From positions 1 to 18,936 of the forward strand of contig JBGQHJ010000097.1 in the NCBI GenBank assembly GCA_041497895.1: a DNA stretch of 18,936 nucleotides, in the 5' to 3' direction. The notes below the pieces were generated by a model, which worked only from the letters and a program-made list of their open reading frames with translations, was not told the DNA's origin and searched no databases. This document shows positions 1 to 8,007 of the stretch, piece by piece. Position numbers and translations under genes: made by a program. The stretch is from Candidatus Methylomirabilia bacterium (GTDB lineage Bacteria > Methylomirabilota > Methylomirabilia > Rokubacteriales > CSP1-6). Numbering within the stretch: position 1 is the first letter of the stretch; the number at the start of each line of letters is the position of its first letter.

Positions 1-31
1 AATCACACATGAGCCTGCCGTAGAGACAAGT

Positions 32-59
32 AAGGGGTCCCGGTAGCCCGGAACCCCTT
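32..59 (-). terminator. Probable intrinsic terminator downstream of the tRNA-His/Arg/Lys cluster
   Basis: Inverted repeat aaggggtcccgg / ccggaacccctt (12 bp, 1 mismatch) 8 nt past the tRNA-Lys CCA. On the - strand it is followed by a pyrimidine-rich tail (TTACTTGTCTCT). Confidence 0.6.
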
Positions 60-67
60 GTCTTGAT

Positions 68-143
<76 letters not shown>

Positions 144-185
144 GCGACGTAGCGGGTACTGCTACAGCAGCCGCGACAGCAGAAA

Positions 186-262
186 TGGTGCGCCCAAGAG
201 GATTCGAACCTCTGACCTTTAGCTCCGGAGGCTAACGCTCTATCCAGCTGAGCTATGGGCGC
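186..262 (-). tRNA. tRNA-Arg (anticodon CCG)
   Basis: GCGCCCATAGCTCAGCTGGATAGAGCG...CT-CCG-GA...GGTTCGAATCC...GGGCGCACCA; cloverleaf with CCA. Confidence 0.97.
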
Positions 263-288
263 CCGAGCCTGCACGTGGCGTTCAGGAG

Positions 289-366
289 TGGGGTGACCGA
301 AGGGAATCGAACCCTCAACCCCTGGAGCCACAGTCCAGTGCTCTAACCAATTGAGCTACGGTCACC
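289..366 (-). tRNA. tRNA-His (anticodon GTG), including encoded G-1
   Basis: G-GTGACCGTAGCTCAATTGGTTAGAGCACTGGA-CT-GTG-GC...GGTTCGATTCC...CGGTCAC-C-CCA; G-1:C73 identity pair typical of bacterial tRNA-His. Confidence 0.97.
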
Positions 367-391
367 GTCCCGGGACAACAGCCAAGTTGTG

Positions 392-420
392 AGGGTACCG
401 TATGTTTCGGGACTGGTCAA
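392..420 (-). promoter_or_regulatory. Putative sigma-70 promoter of the tRNA-His/Arg/Lys operon
   Basis: - strand TTGACC (420-415), 17-nt spacer, TACCCT (397-392), about 25 nt upstream of tRNA-His. Confidence 0.6.
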
Positions 421-427
421 CGGCCGC

Positions 428-1315
428 TCAGGCCTCCACGGGAGCCGACGCCAGCGCGGTCCGCATCGCGCGCAGACCCTCCTCGGCGCCCCGCAGCGCC
501 GTCTTCAGCAGGCGCCGCGCCTTGCCGACGTCGAGCCCGCCGTCGAGCGGCCGCGCCGCCTTCTGGTTGAGCTGGGCGGTGGTGGCCGGGGTGAGCCGCG
601 AGCCGTCCAGGTCGAAGACGCGACAGACCAGACGCGCGAACGCCATGCGGTCGAGCGTGTCGGCGCCGGCGAGGTGCCAGATGCCGCGCTCCTCCCGCTC
701 GCAGCACTCGACCGTCGCGGTGGCCACGTCCACGTTGTAGGAGGGGCTCGCGCGCTGGTCCACCGCGGGCCGGAAGCCCTCGCCGCTCCGGCAGGCACGG
801 ATCAGCTGGTAGACGAAATTCTTCTCCTGGCGCTCGGGGCCGTAGACCACGCTGGTGCGGACCACGAGGGCCCGGTCGAGCGCGCCCAGCACCGCCCGCT
901 CGCCCTCGGCCTTGCTGCGGCCGTAGACGCCCAGCGGACGCGGCGGGACGTCCTCGGCAAACGGCCCGCCGACGCCGTCGAAGACGTAGTCCGAGGAGTA
1001 GTAGACGAAACCGGCGCCGACGCGGGCCGCGGCCTGGGCCGCGGCGAGCGGGGCGTGCACGTTCGCCGCGAAGGCCTCCTCGGGGTGATCCTCGCAGTAG
1101 TCCACGTGGCTCAGCGCGGCGGGGCAGAGCACCCAGTCCGGCCGGTGATCGGCGAGCAGGCGTCCCAGCGCGGCGCGGTCGGCCAGGTCGAGCGGCACGA
1201 GGCCCGGGTAGGCGTGATGCGCCCACGTGCCGACCGCGTCGTGACCGCGAGCGCGCAGCACGCGCACGAGTGCCGTTCCTACCTGCCCCGAGGCTCCGAT
1301 CACGAGCGCGCGCAC
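428..1315 (-). CDS. dTDP-4-dehydrorhamnose reductase-like extended SDR (RmlD family)
   Basis: C-terminal part of ORF 428..2341. GTG start gives MRALVIGASGQVG (Rossmann GxxGxxG), SSDYVFDG and YGRSK (YxxxK) motifs; 295 aa. Confidence 0.88.
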   Translation of the reverse strand: MRALVIGASGQVGTALVRVLRARGHDAVGTWAHHAYPGLVPLDLADRAALGRLLADHRPDWVLCPAALSHVDYCEDHPEEAFAANVHAPLAAAQAAARVGAGFVYYSSDYVFDGVGGPFAEDVPPRPLGVYGRSKAEGERAVLGALDRALVVRTSVVYGPERQEKNFVYQLIRACRSGEGFRPAVDQRASPSYNVDVATATVECCEREERGIWHLAGADTLDRMAFARLVCRVFDLDGSRLTPATTAQLNQKAARPLDGGLDVGKARRLLKTALRGAEEGLRAMRTALASAPVEA

Positions 1316-1331
1316 GATTTCTAGGCTACCA
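1316..1331 (-). promoter_or_regulatory. Extended -10 promoter, probably leaderless, for the RmlD-like gene
   Basis: - strand TG-G-TAGCCT (1331-1323), then 7 nt to GTG at 1315; no Shine-Dalgarno in between. Confidence 0.45.
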
Positions 1332-1354
1332 TCCCGCGGGAGGAACTCACACCG

Positions 1355-2317
1355 ATGGCTGCCGATCGTCCGCTGGTGCTGCTCTGGATCCCCGAGGCCG
1401 GACCCTATCGCCAGGCGCTCGAGCGCGCGGGGCTCGAGCCGCGCGTGGAGCTGGTCCACGTGCCGCCGACCGAGACGCCCGCGCCGGAGCTGCTCGCCCG
1501 GGCCGAGGCCATGCTGGCCTACCGCTCGGGGCCGGGCGTCCTCGGGCGCATGCCCGCTCTTCGCTGGATCCAGGCGCTGACCGCCGGCGTCGAAGGCTGG
1601 CTCGCGCTGCCCGATCTGCCCGAGCGGCTCGTCCTCACCTGCGCCCGCGGCACCCATCGCGTGCAGATGCCCGAGAACATCCTCGGCGCGCTCTTCCACT
1701 TGACCAAGCCCTACGCCGGCATCGCGCTCGACCAGAAGGACCGGCGCTGGCGGCGACGGGTGTCGCAGACGCTCGCCGGCACCACGCTCGGCATCCTCGG
1801 TCTGGGCGTGATCGGCCAAGAGGTTGCGCGCAAGGCCCAGGCGCTCGAGATGCGCGTGATCGGCACGCGCTGCAGTCCCGCGCCCATCCCCCACGTGGAC
1901 CACGTCTACGGACCCGAGGGCACCGACGAGGTGCTGGCCGCGGCCGACTGGGTGCTGCTGCTCCTGCCGGTGACTCCGGAGACGCGGAGCTTCATGAACG
2001 CGGCCCGGCTCAAGCGCATGAAGCCCTCCGCCTACCTGCTCAACTTCGGCCGCGGCGAGCTCGTCGCCGACGACGACCTCATCGAGGCGGTGACCGCGCG
2101 CACCATCGCGGGCGCGGTGCTCGACGTGTTCACCACCGAGCCTTTGCCCGCCGAGCATCCGTTCTGGACCACCGAGGGCATCCTGGTGCTGCCGCACATC
2201 GGCGGGCTGCACCCGGGGCGCGACCACATCGTGGCCTCGCTGTTCACGGACAACGTCGAGCGCTTCCTGGCCGGCCAGCCCCTGCGGGAAACGGTGGATC
2301 GCACCCGCGGATACTGA
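1355..2317 (+). CDS. D-isomer-specific 2-hydroxyacid dehydrogenase (NAD(P)-binding)
   Basis: GLGVIG dinucleotide-binding motif; catalytic Arg/Glu/His in NFGRG, LDVFTTEPL and PHIGG; GGAGGA RBS upstream. Confidence 0.92.
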   Translation: MAADRPLVLLWIPEAGPYRQALERAGLEPRVELVHVPPTETPAPELLARAEAMLAYRSGPGVLGRMPALRWIQALTAGVEGWLALPDLPERLVLTCARGTHRVQMPENILGALFHLTKPYAGIALDQKDRRWRRRVSQTLAGTTLGILGLGVIGQEVARKAQALEMRVIGTRCSPAPIPHVDHVYGPEGTDEVLAAADWVLLLLPVTPETRSFMNAARLKRMKPSAYLLNFGRGELVADDDLIEAVTARTIAGAVLDVFTTEPLPAEHPFWTTEGILVLPHIGGLHPGRDHIVASLFTDNVERFLAGQPLRETVDRTRGY

Positions 2318-2330
2318 GAAAGGAGCCGCC

Positions 2331-3923
2331 ATGGGTGACAACGAGGCCGAGCACGAGTCGCTCGCATCGGACGGGGTCTACACCCCGGCTCACCTGGCCC
2401 AGATCGACTTCGACTACGCCCGGGACCTGGGGCAGCCGGGCGAGTACCCGTTCACGCGCGGCATCCATCCGACGATGTACCGCGGCCGGCTCTGGACCAT
2501 GCGGCAGTACGCGGGCTTCGCCACCGCCAGGGAGACCAACGAGCGGTTCCGCTACATGCTCGAGCGCGGCCTCGCCGGCATCAACGTCGCCTTCGACCTG
2601 CCGACCCAGCACGGCCTCGACTCCGACCACCACCTCGCCCGGGGCGAGGTGGGCAAGGTGGGGGTCCCGATCAGCTCGCTCCGGGACATGGAGGTCCTCT
2701 TCGACGGCATCCCGCTCGAGCAGGCCAGCCCGGCCAATGCCATCAACGCGCCCGCCGCCGTGATCCTCGCGATGTACGTCGCCCTGGCCGAGCAGCAGCG
2801 GGTCCCGCTCGAGCGGCTCGCGGGCAGCACCCAGAACGACATCCTCAAGGAGTTCATCGCGCGCGGGACCTACATCTTCCCCCCCGGGCCCTCACTCCGG
2901 CTCGTCACCGACGTGATCGAGTTCTGCGCCGAGCGGCTGCCCCGCTGGAACTTCATCAACGTCTGCGGCTACCACATGCGGGAGGCCGGCTCGACCCTCG
3001 TCCAGGAGGTCGGGTTCGCGCTGGCGGACGCCCTGACCTACGTCCAGGCGGCGATCGACCGCGGCCTCTCGGTCGACCACTTCGCGCCCCGCTTCGCCTT
3101 CAACTTCACCGCGGGCACGGACCTGTTCCGCGAGGCGGCGAAGTTCCGCGCGATGCGGCGGCTCTGGGCCCGCCTCATGCGCGACCGCTTCGGGGCCACG
3201 AAGCCGGCGAGCTGGGCCTTCCGGACCGGAGCGGGCTCGGGCGCGAGCGAGCTCACCGCCCAGCAGCCCGAGAACAACATCATCCGCGTCACCCTGAACG
3301 CCCTGGCCGCGATCCTCGGCGGTGCCCAGTCGCTCCACACCGCCGCCTACGACGAGGCCCTGGCGCTGCCCACCGAGGCCTCGGTGAAGCTGGCGCTCCG
3401 GACCCAGCAGGTGCTGGCGCACGAGGCCGGCCTCGCGGAGGTGGTCGATCCGCTCGCCGGGTCGTACTACGTGGAGGCGCTCACCGCCCAGATCGAGGCG
3501 GGGGCGCGGGAGCTCATCGCGCTCATCGAGGAGCGGGGCGGGATGCTGAAGGCGATCGAGTCCGGCTGGGCGCAGCAGCAGATCGCGGATGCCTCCTGGG
3601 CGCACCAGCGCCAGGTCGAGGGCGGCGAGCGGGTCGTGGTGGGCGTCAACCGGTTCGTCGAGCCGAGCGCCGCGCGGGTAGGCATCCACCGGCATCTCGA
3701 GGAAGTGGGCGAGGAGCGCCGGGCCGACCTGGCCGCGCTGCGGGCGGAGCGCGATGGGGCGGCCGTGGCGAGCGCACTCCGCGCGGTGCGGGATGCCGCC
3801 GCCGGCAACACGAACCTGGTCCCGGTGCTCGTCGAGGCGGTCAAGACGTACGCGACGGTCGGCGAGATCTGCGGCGTCCTGCGCGAGGTCTTCGGCGAGT
3901 ACCGGGCGCTGCAGGTGTACTAG
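2331..3923 (+). CDS. B12-dependent acyl-CoA mutase, substrate-binding (large) subunit, methylmalonyl-CoA mutase family
   Basis: PGEYPFTRG, WTMRQYAGF, AFDLPTQ, QNDILKEF, GYHMREAG, DEALALP and ATVGEI motifs; no DxHxxG B12-binding domain; AAGGAG RBS. Confidence 0.93.
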   Translation: MGDNEAEHESLASDGVYTPAHLAQIDFDYARDLGQPGEYPFTRGIHPTMYRGRLWTMRQYAGFATARETNERFRYMLERGLAGINVAFDLPTQHGLDSDHHLARGEVGKVGVPISSLRDMEVLFDGIPLEQASPANAINAPAAVILAMYVALAEQQRVPLERLAGSTQNDILKEFIARGTYIFPPGPSLRLVTDVIEFCAERLPRWNFINVCGYHMREAGSTLVQEVGFALADALTYVQAAIDRGLSVDHFAPRFAFNFTAGTDLFREAAKFRAMRRLWARLMRDRFGATKPASWAFRTGAGSGASELTAQQPENNIIRVTLNALAAILGGAQSLHTAAYDEALALPTEASVKLALRTQQVLAHEAGLAEVVDPLAGSYYVEALTAQIEAGARELIALIEERGGMLKAIESGWAQQQIADASWAHQRQVEGGERVVVGVNRFVEPSAARVGIHRHLEEVGEERRADLAALRAERDGAAVASALRAVRDAAAGNTNLVPVLVEAVKTYATVGEICGVLREVFGEYRALQVY

Positions 3924-3925
3924 GG

Positions 3926-4399
3926 GTGAGCCGGTCGCTCGGCCCCGCGCTACCGCCGGGCCTGCTCACCCGGCTGTCTCAGGGGAATCTGCCGTCGCTC
4001 CTCGGCCTGACCCTGCCCTTCGTCACGCAGGGCGAGGATGGCGCGCCGTACCCGATGCTCTGCTCCTACCTCGAGTGGCTCGCGGTGGACGCGCGCACCC
4101 TCCGTCTCGCCATCGCCGCGGGGAGCCGCAGTGCGCGCAACCTGGAGGACCGCCGGGTCGGGACCCTGCTGCTGATCGAGCCCGAGCGCACGATGTACGT
4201 GAAGTGCCGCGCGACCGGCGCGCCGCGGCCGCTCGGCGACCTGGCCCGCTTCACGCTCTCGGTGGAGGACGTGCTGGACGACCGGCCGGCCGAGGCGGAG
4301 GGTGACGCCCGGATCGTGGGCGGCATCACCTACCGCCCGCTTCCGGCGCTGGATGCCCCGTGGGCGCGCGCGGTGCTGGCCGCGCTGCGCGCGGACTGA
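3926..4399 (+). CDS. Pyridoxamine 5'-phosphate oxidase-like FMN-binding split-barrel protein
   Basis: GTG 2 nt after the mutase stop. Pattern FVTQGEDGAPY...LRLAIAAGSRSARNL...VGTLLLI resembles the PNPOx-like family. Confidence 0.65.
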   Translation: MSRSLGPALPPGLLTRLSQGNLPSLLGLTLPFVTQGEDGAPYPMLCSYLEWLAVDARTLRLAIAAGSRSARNLEDRRVGTLLLIEPERTMYVKCRATGAPRPLGDLARFTLSVEDVLDDRPAEAEGDARIVGGITYRPLPALDAPWARAVLAALRAD

Positions 4400-4402
4400 G
4401 CG

Positions 4403-4672
4403 CTAGACCTCGAGCAGGTCGCTGCCCACCACCAGCGGCCCCGCGAAGTGCCGGCGTGCCGCCTGCTCGAGGGCGCGCGCATCAGGTGGGTGACCGCCAG
4501 CTTCCGGGCGCGTGCGCCCGCCGCCACGCGGCCCAGGTCGTCCGGCTGAGTGTGATACGAGGCCAGGTCGCGGATCTTCTCCTCCAGGCTCGGCCAGCCG
4601 CAGCCCGGGTACCACGAGGTCTTGGCCATCCACGCCCTGGGCCCACCGCATCAGGTTGTCGCAGGAGGACGG
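4403..4672 (-). pseudogene. Remnant of a metallo-beta-lactamase fold (RNase Z/arylsulfatase-like) hydrolase C-terminus
   Basis: Three segments in two frames: CDNLMRWAQGVD / MAKTSWYPGCGWPSLEEKIRDLASYHTQPDDLGRVAAGARARKLAVTHLM / ALEQAARRHFAGPLVVGSDLLEV*. No N-terminal HxHxDH region. Confidence 0.65.
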
Positions 4673-4680
4673 CCTTCTCG

Positions 4681-6765
4681 CTAGCGCCCCGCGGCGGGCG
4701 GGCGGCCCGCGGTCTCGAGCTGCGGGATCACCCCGTCGATCTGGCGCCCGCCGGAGAGGAAGAAGCGCGCGACCTGCTCCTGGGCCGCACGACCGATCGC
4801 GTACACCTCCGGGAACGCGGTCCAGGTGAGGAACGCGTGCGGATTCTTGAATCGCTCCGAGAAGCCCGCGCCCATCAGGTCGTGGCGATAGAGCGAGGAG
4901 GCCGACTGCAGCAGCCCGGCGTTGAGCAGTGCGGCGGTCGTCGGGTTCGGCACGGTCTGGTCTCCTACCGCCCACTGGAAGAGCACCGGGCGCGGCGGCA
5001 CGCCCGGCAGCGGCGCCTGGCGCAGATACGGCGCGAAGGCGACCGGGTTGGCGGGCTGGGTCAGCCACTCCGCGCGGTCGAGGTAGGCCTGGATCGCGAG
5101 CCCGCCCGTGGCCGGCTCGCGCACCGGCGCCTCGCCCGGCAGTGGGATGGACTCGGTGAAGTCGCTCTCCCCGTTGAGCAGCGGCGGCTTCCGCCGGCGA
5201 AGCTGGTTGATCACGAGGCCGCGGAAGACGGGCGACTGGCGCGCGATCTCCGCAATGGGCCCGCCCACCACGTTCAGCACACCCATGTGCACCTGCGGGT
5301 CGACGGCCATGAGCAGCGTGCCGTAGATGCCGCCGAACGACTGGCCGAAGTACTGGATGCGCTCGCGGTCGAGATCCACACGCCCGTCGCCGTCCACGTC
5401 GACGCCGCGGTGGATGGCGCGGATGAGCTGCATCAGGTCGGCGACGGTCTGGCGAAGCCCGTCGCGGCTGCTGATCAGCGCCAGCGGCGAGGCCGTGCGT
5501 GTGGCGACGCCCTCGGTGGCGAGGATCTTCCCGTCGCCGTCCAGGTCCATCCCGCGGCCGCCGGCGGGCAGCGTGATGGGCTCGTGGCCGGTGCGGCTTA
5601 CGGTCAGCGTGCCGCCGGGCCCGCCGCCGTGGCCCACCACGTTGATCGCGACGGTGGCGAAGCCGGCGCGGGCCATGGTGCCGGCCACCGCCATCGGCGC
5701 CAGGTGGCGGTCGTTGCCGAACCCGTGGCCGAAGATCGCCACCGGCCAGCCGTCGCGGGGCATGTTCCCAGCGGGCAGGTACACGGTGACGTCCAGCTCC
5801 TCGGTGCCCGTCATCGCGGGGGCCTCGCTCCGCGTGGCCGTCGCGGGGATATTGCGCTCGGCGGTGAGGAACGTGCGGGCGGGGAAGCGGCCAAAGGCGA
5901 TGGCGCGCACGTCGGTCGGCGGCACCAGGACCAGCGGCAGCTTCACCGCCTCGTCCAGCGGCGCGGCGGGATCGGCAGCCACCTGGCGGCGTAGCTCGAT
6001 CGCGTCCAGCTCGACGCGCGGGTAAACCGACCGCGCCCCGCCCGGACCGAGCGTGAAGCGCATCGTGGGACCGGAGGTCGACTCGATGGCGGCGCGCATC
6101 TGCTCGAGCCCGGCGGTCACGCTCTGGGTGGTGAAGACGGATACGGCAGCCACGTCCTTGCGCGCCAGGCCGAGGCGCTTGAGCTGCTGCAGGACCGTCC
6201 CCTGCGCGGAGACGCCCTGCGCCGCCTCGCTCACCAGCGCCTTGCCCGCGAGCGGCATGAGTGGCTGGCCCGCCTCGTCGAGCACGCGAGTGGTCAGCAC
6301 CAGCGCATAGCGCCGCGCCTGCAGGAGCGGTCGCTCGGGCCGCGCGTACAGCGTCTGATTCTCGGCGTCCCACACGAACTGCGTGAGGCCCACGGGCGAC
6401 GGCAACGGCTCGGTCCACAGCGGGACGATGAACGCGTTCGCGCGCGTCAGGCTCTCGAGCGAGATGGGGCCGGAGAAGCGCACGCGGATGCGCGGATTGA
6501 CGCTCCAGCCGTCGAGCTCGTCGAGCAGCTTCACCTCGTCGCAACCCGCCGCGTCGAGAGCACAGTCGGGCGCCGGCAGGGCGACGCGACGGCCGGTGAG
6601 CTGGTTCGGATCAGGCGTAGTGAAGCGGTCGGAGGGAAGCAGCGACTCGACCTGGGAGGCCTCGGCGGGCCAGGCAACAAATGCGGCCGGGGCGGTGAGG
6701 GCAACCACTCCCACCCACAGCCCGAGCGCCAGGCGGGCGGCCGGGCGTCGGGCCGAGGGAGGCAC
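4681..6765 (-). CDS. Secreted alpha/beta-hydrolase (lipase-like) with N-terminal Ig-like domain
   Basis: Likely GTG start 5 nt after the HtrA stop; signal-peptide-like N-terminus ending PAEA; oxyanion HGFG, nucleophile elbow GQSFGG, candidate Asp (GDQTVPN) and His (NPHAFL). Start codon uncertain. Confidence 0.78.
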   Translation of the reverse strand: MPPSARRPAARLALGLWVGVVALTAPAAFVAWPAEASQVESLLPSDRFTTPDPNQLTGRRVALPAPDCALDAAGCDEVKLLDELDGWSVNPRIRVRFSGPISLESLTRANAFIVPLWTEPLPSPVGLTQFVWDAENQTLYARPERPLLQARRYALVLTTRVLDEAGQPLMPLAGKALVSEAAQGVSAQGTVLQQLKRLGLARKDVAAVSVFTTQSVTAGLEQMRAAIESTSGPTMRFTLGPGGARSVYPRVELDAIELRRQVAADPAAPLDEAVKLPLVLVPPTDVRAIAFGRFPARTFLTAERNIPATATRSEAPAMTGTEELDVTVYLPAGNMPRDGWPVAIFGHGFGNDRHLAPMAVAGTMARAGFATVAINVVGHGGGPGGTLTVSRTGHEPITLPAGGRGMDLDGDGKILATEGVATRTASPLALISSRDGLRQTVADLMQLIRAIHRGVDVDGDGRVDLDRERIQYFGQSFGGIYGTLLMAVDPQVHMGVLNVVGGPIAEIARQSPVFRGLVINQLRRRKPPLLNGESDFTESIPLPGEAPVREPATGGLAIQAYLDRAEWLTQPANPVAFAPYLRQAPLPGVPPRPVLFQWAVGDQTVPNPTTAALLNAGLLQSASSLYRHDLMGAGFSERFKNPHAFLTWTAFPEVYAIGRAAQEQVARFFLSGGRQIDGVIPQLETAGRPPAAGR

Positions 6766-6770
6766 CGGCC

Positions 6771-7928
6771 TCAGCGAGGCTGCTGAGGCGAGGGCTGCGG
6801 TTGCGGCTGCTGCCGGGGCGCCGGCGTGGGCCCGCTGCGACGAGGCGCGCGCGCCGGCGCGGCCTGGTAGGCCCCCACCGTGACCGCGACCTCCGTCTCC
6901 TTGCCCTCCCGCATGAGCGAGATCTTCACGATCTTGCCCACCGGCGTGCTCGAGATGATCCGCTGCAAGTCGCGCGGCCCCTCCACCGACGCGCCGTCGA
7001 CCGAGACCACCACGTCGTTGGCCTTGATGCCGCCCTGGTCCGCCGGCTGGCCGCTCACCACCTGGCGGATCAGCACGCCCTTCGGCTCCTTCAGACCGAA
7101 CTTCGCCGCGTCCTCGTCCGGCACCTCGGCGATGCTCACCCCGAGCCAGCCCCACTCGACCTTGCCCTTCTCGGCGAGCTGCGGCAGGAGGGCCTTGACC
7201 AGGTTCACCGGGATCGCGAAGCCGATGGAGCCGTTGACCGCGGCCATGCTGTTGACGCCCACGACCTCGCCGGCCATGTTCACGAGCGGCCCGCCCGAGT
7301 TGCCGGGATTCACCGCCGCGTCGGTCTGGATGAACTCGAAGCCCGGGGCCGCCACCTGGATGGGGGCGCCCTTGCGGCTCACGATGCCGAAGGAGACGGT
7401 CTGCTCGAGCCCGAAGGGGTGCCCGAGCGCGAGCACGAACTCACCCACCCGGGTGCGGTTCGAGTCGCCGAGCAGGGCGACCGGGAGCCCGCTGGCCTCG
7501 ATCTTCAGCAGGGCCAGGTCCACCCGCTCGTCGAGCCCCACCAGCCGGCCGTCGAAGCGGCGCCCGTCGCTGAGCCGCACCTGGATGCGCTCGGCGTCGC
7601 CCACCACGTGGGCGTTGGTCACGAGATAGCCGTCCTCGCGGATGATGAAGCCCGAGCCCGCGCTCCGCCGCTCCTCGGGCGTGCCCTGCTGCTGCTCCTG
7701 GCCCTCCGCCTGGGGCTCCGCGGCACGGCGCACGCGGACCTGGACCAGCGGCGGCTTCATGCGCTCGGAGAGGTCGTGCATGAAGTCGTTGAGCCGGACA
7801 ATGTCGGGCGGCGCGGTGGCCCCCTGGCTCTCCCTCCACAGCGGGTCCGCCGCCCGGGCGGGGGTGACGACCGTCGGCGCGAGCATGAGGGACAGGGCGA
7901 GCGCGATGGGGAGAGCCGGATGACGCAT
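6771..7928 (-). CDS. HtrA/DegP-family periplasmic serine protease with one PDZ domain
   Basis: AGGAGG RBS then MRHPALPIALALSLMLAP (signal peptide); GSGFII, TNAHVV, DLALL, TDAAVNPGNSGGPL; single PDZ (GWLGV); Pro/Gln-rich tail. Confidence 0.93.
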   Translation of the reverse strand: MRHPALPIALALSLMLAPTVVTPARAADPLWRESQGATAPPDIVRLNDFMHDLSERMKPPLVQVRVRRAAEPQAEGQEQQQGTPEERRSAGSGFIIREDGYLVTNAHVVGDAERIQVRLSDGRRFDGRLVGLDERVDLALLKIEASGLPVALLGDSNRTRVGEFVLALGHPFGLEQTVSFGIVSRKGAPIQVAAPGFEFIQTDAAVNPGNSGGPLVNMAGEVVGVNSMAAVNGSIGFAIPVNLVKALLPQLAEKGKVEWGWLGVSIAEVPDEDAAKFGLKEPKGVLIRQVVSGQPADQGGIKANDVVVSVDGASVEGPRDLQRIISSTPVGKIVKISLMREGKETEVAVTVGAYQAAPARAPRRSGPTPAPRQQPQPQPSPQQPR

Positions 7929-7944
7929 CTGCGTGCCTCCTGGG

Positions 7945-7974
7945 ATTATGGTGCCGCGGGACGGATCGATTATA
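7945..7974 (-). promoter_or_regulatory. Putative internal -10 element(s) for htrA-lipase
   Basis: - strand TATAAT (7974-7969) and CATAAT (7950-7945) in the 79-nt gap between moaB and htrA; such AT hexamers are rare in this GC background. Confidence 0.5.
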
Positions 7975-8007
7975 CCGCGATGGCGCACGACGGCGACCCG
8001 CGCCGCT

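Noticed and set aside
1316..2341. Long N-terminal extension of the RmlD-like ORF (637 aa)
   Set aside because: It is antisense to the 2-hydroxyacid dehydrogenase; homology starts at the GTG at 1315.
6774..6860. Short ggctgc repeats
   Set aside because: They encode the Pro/Gln low-complexity tail of HtrA.
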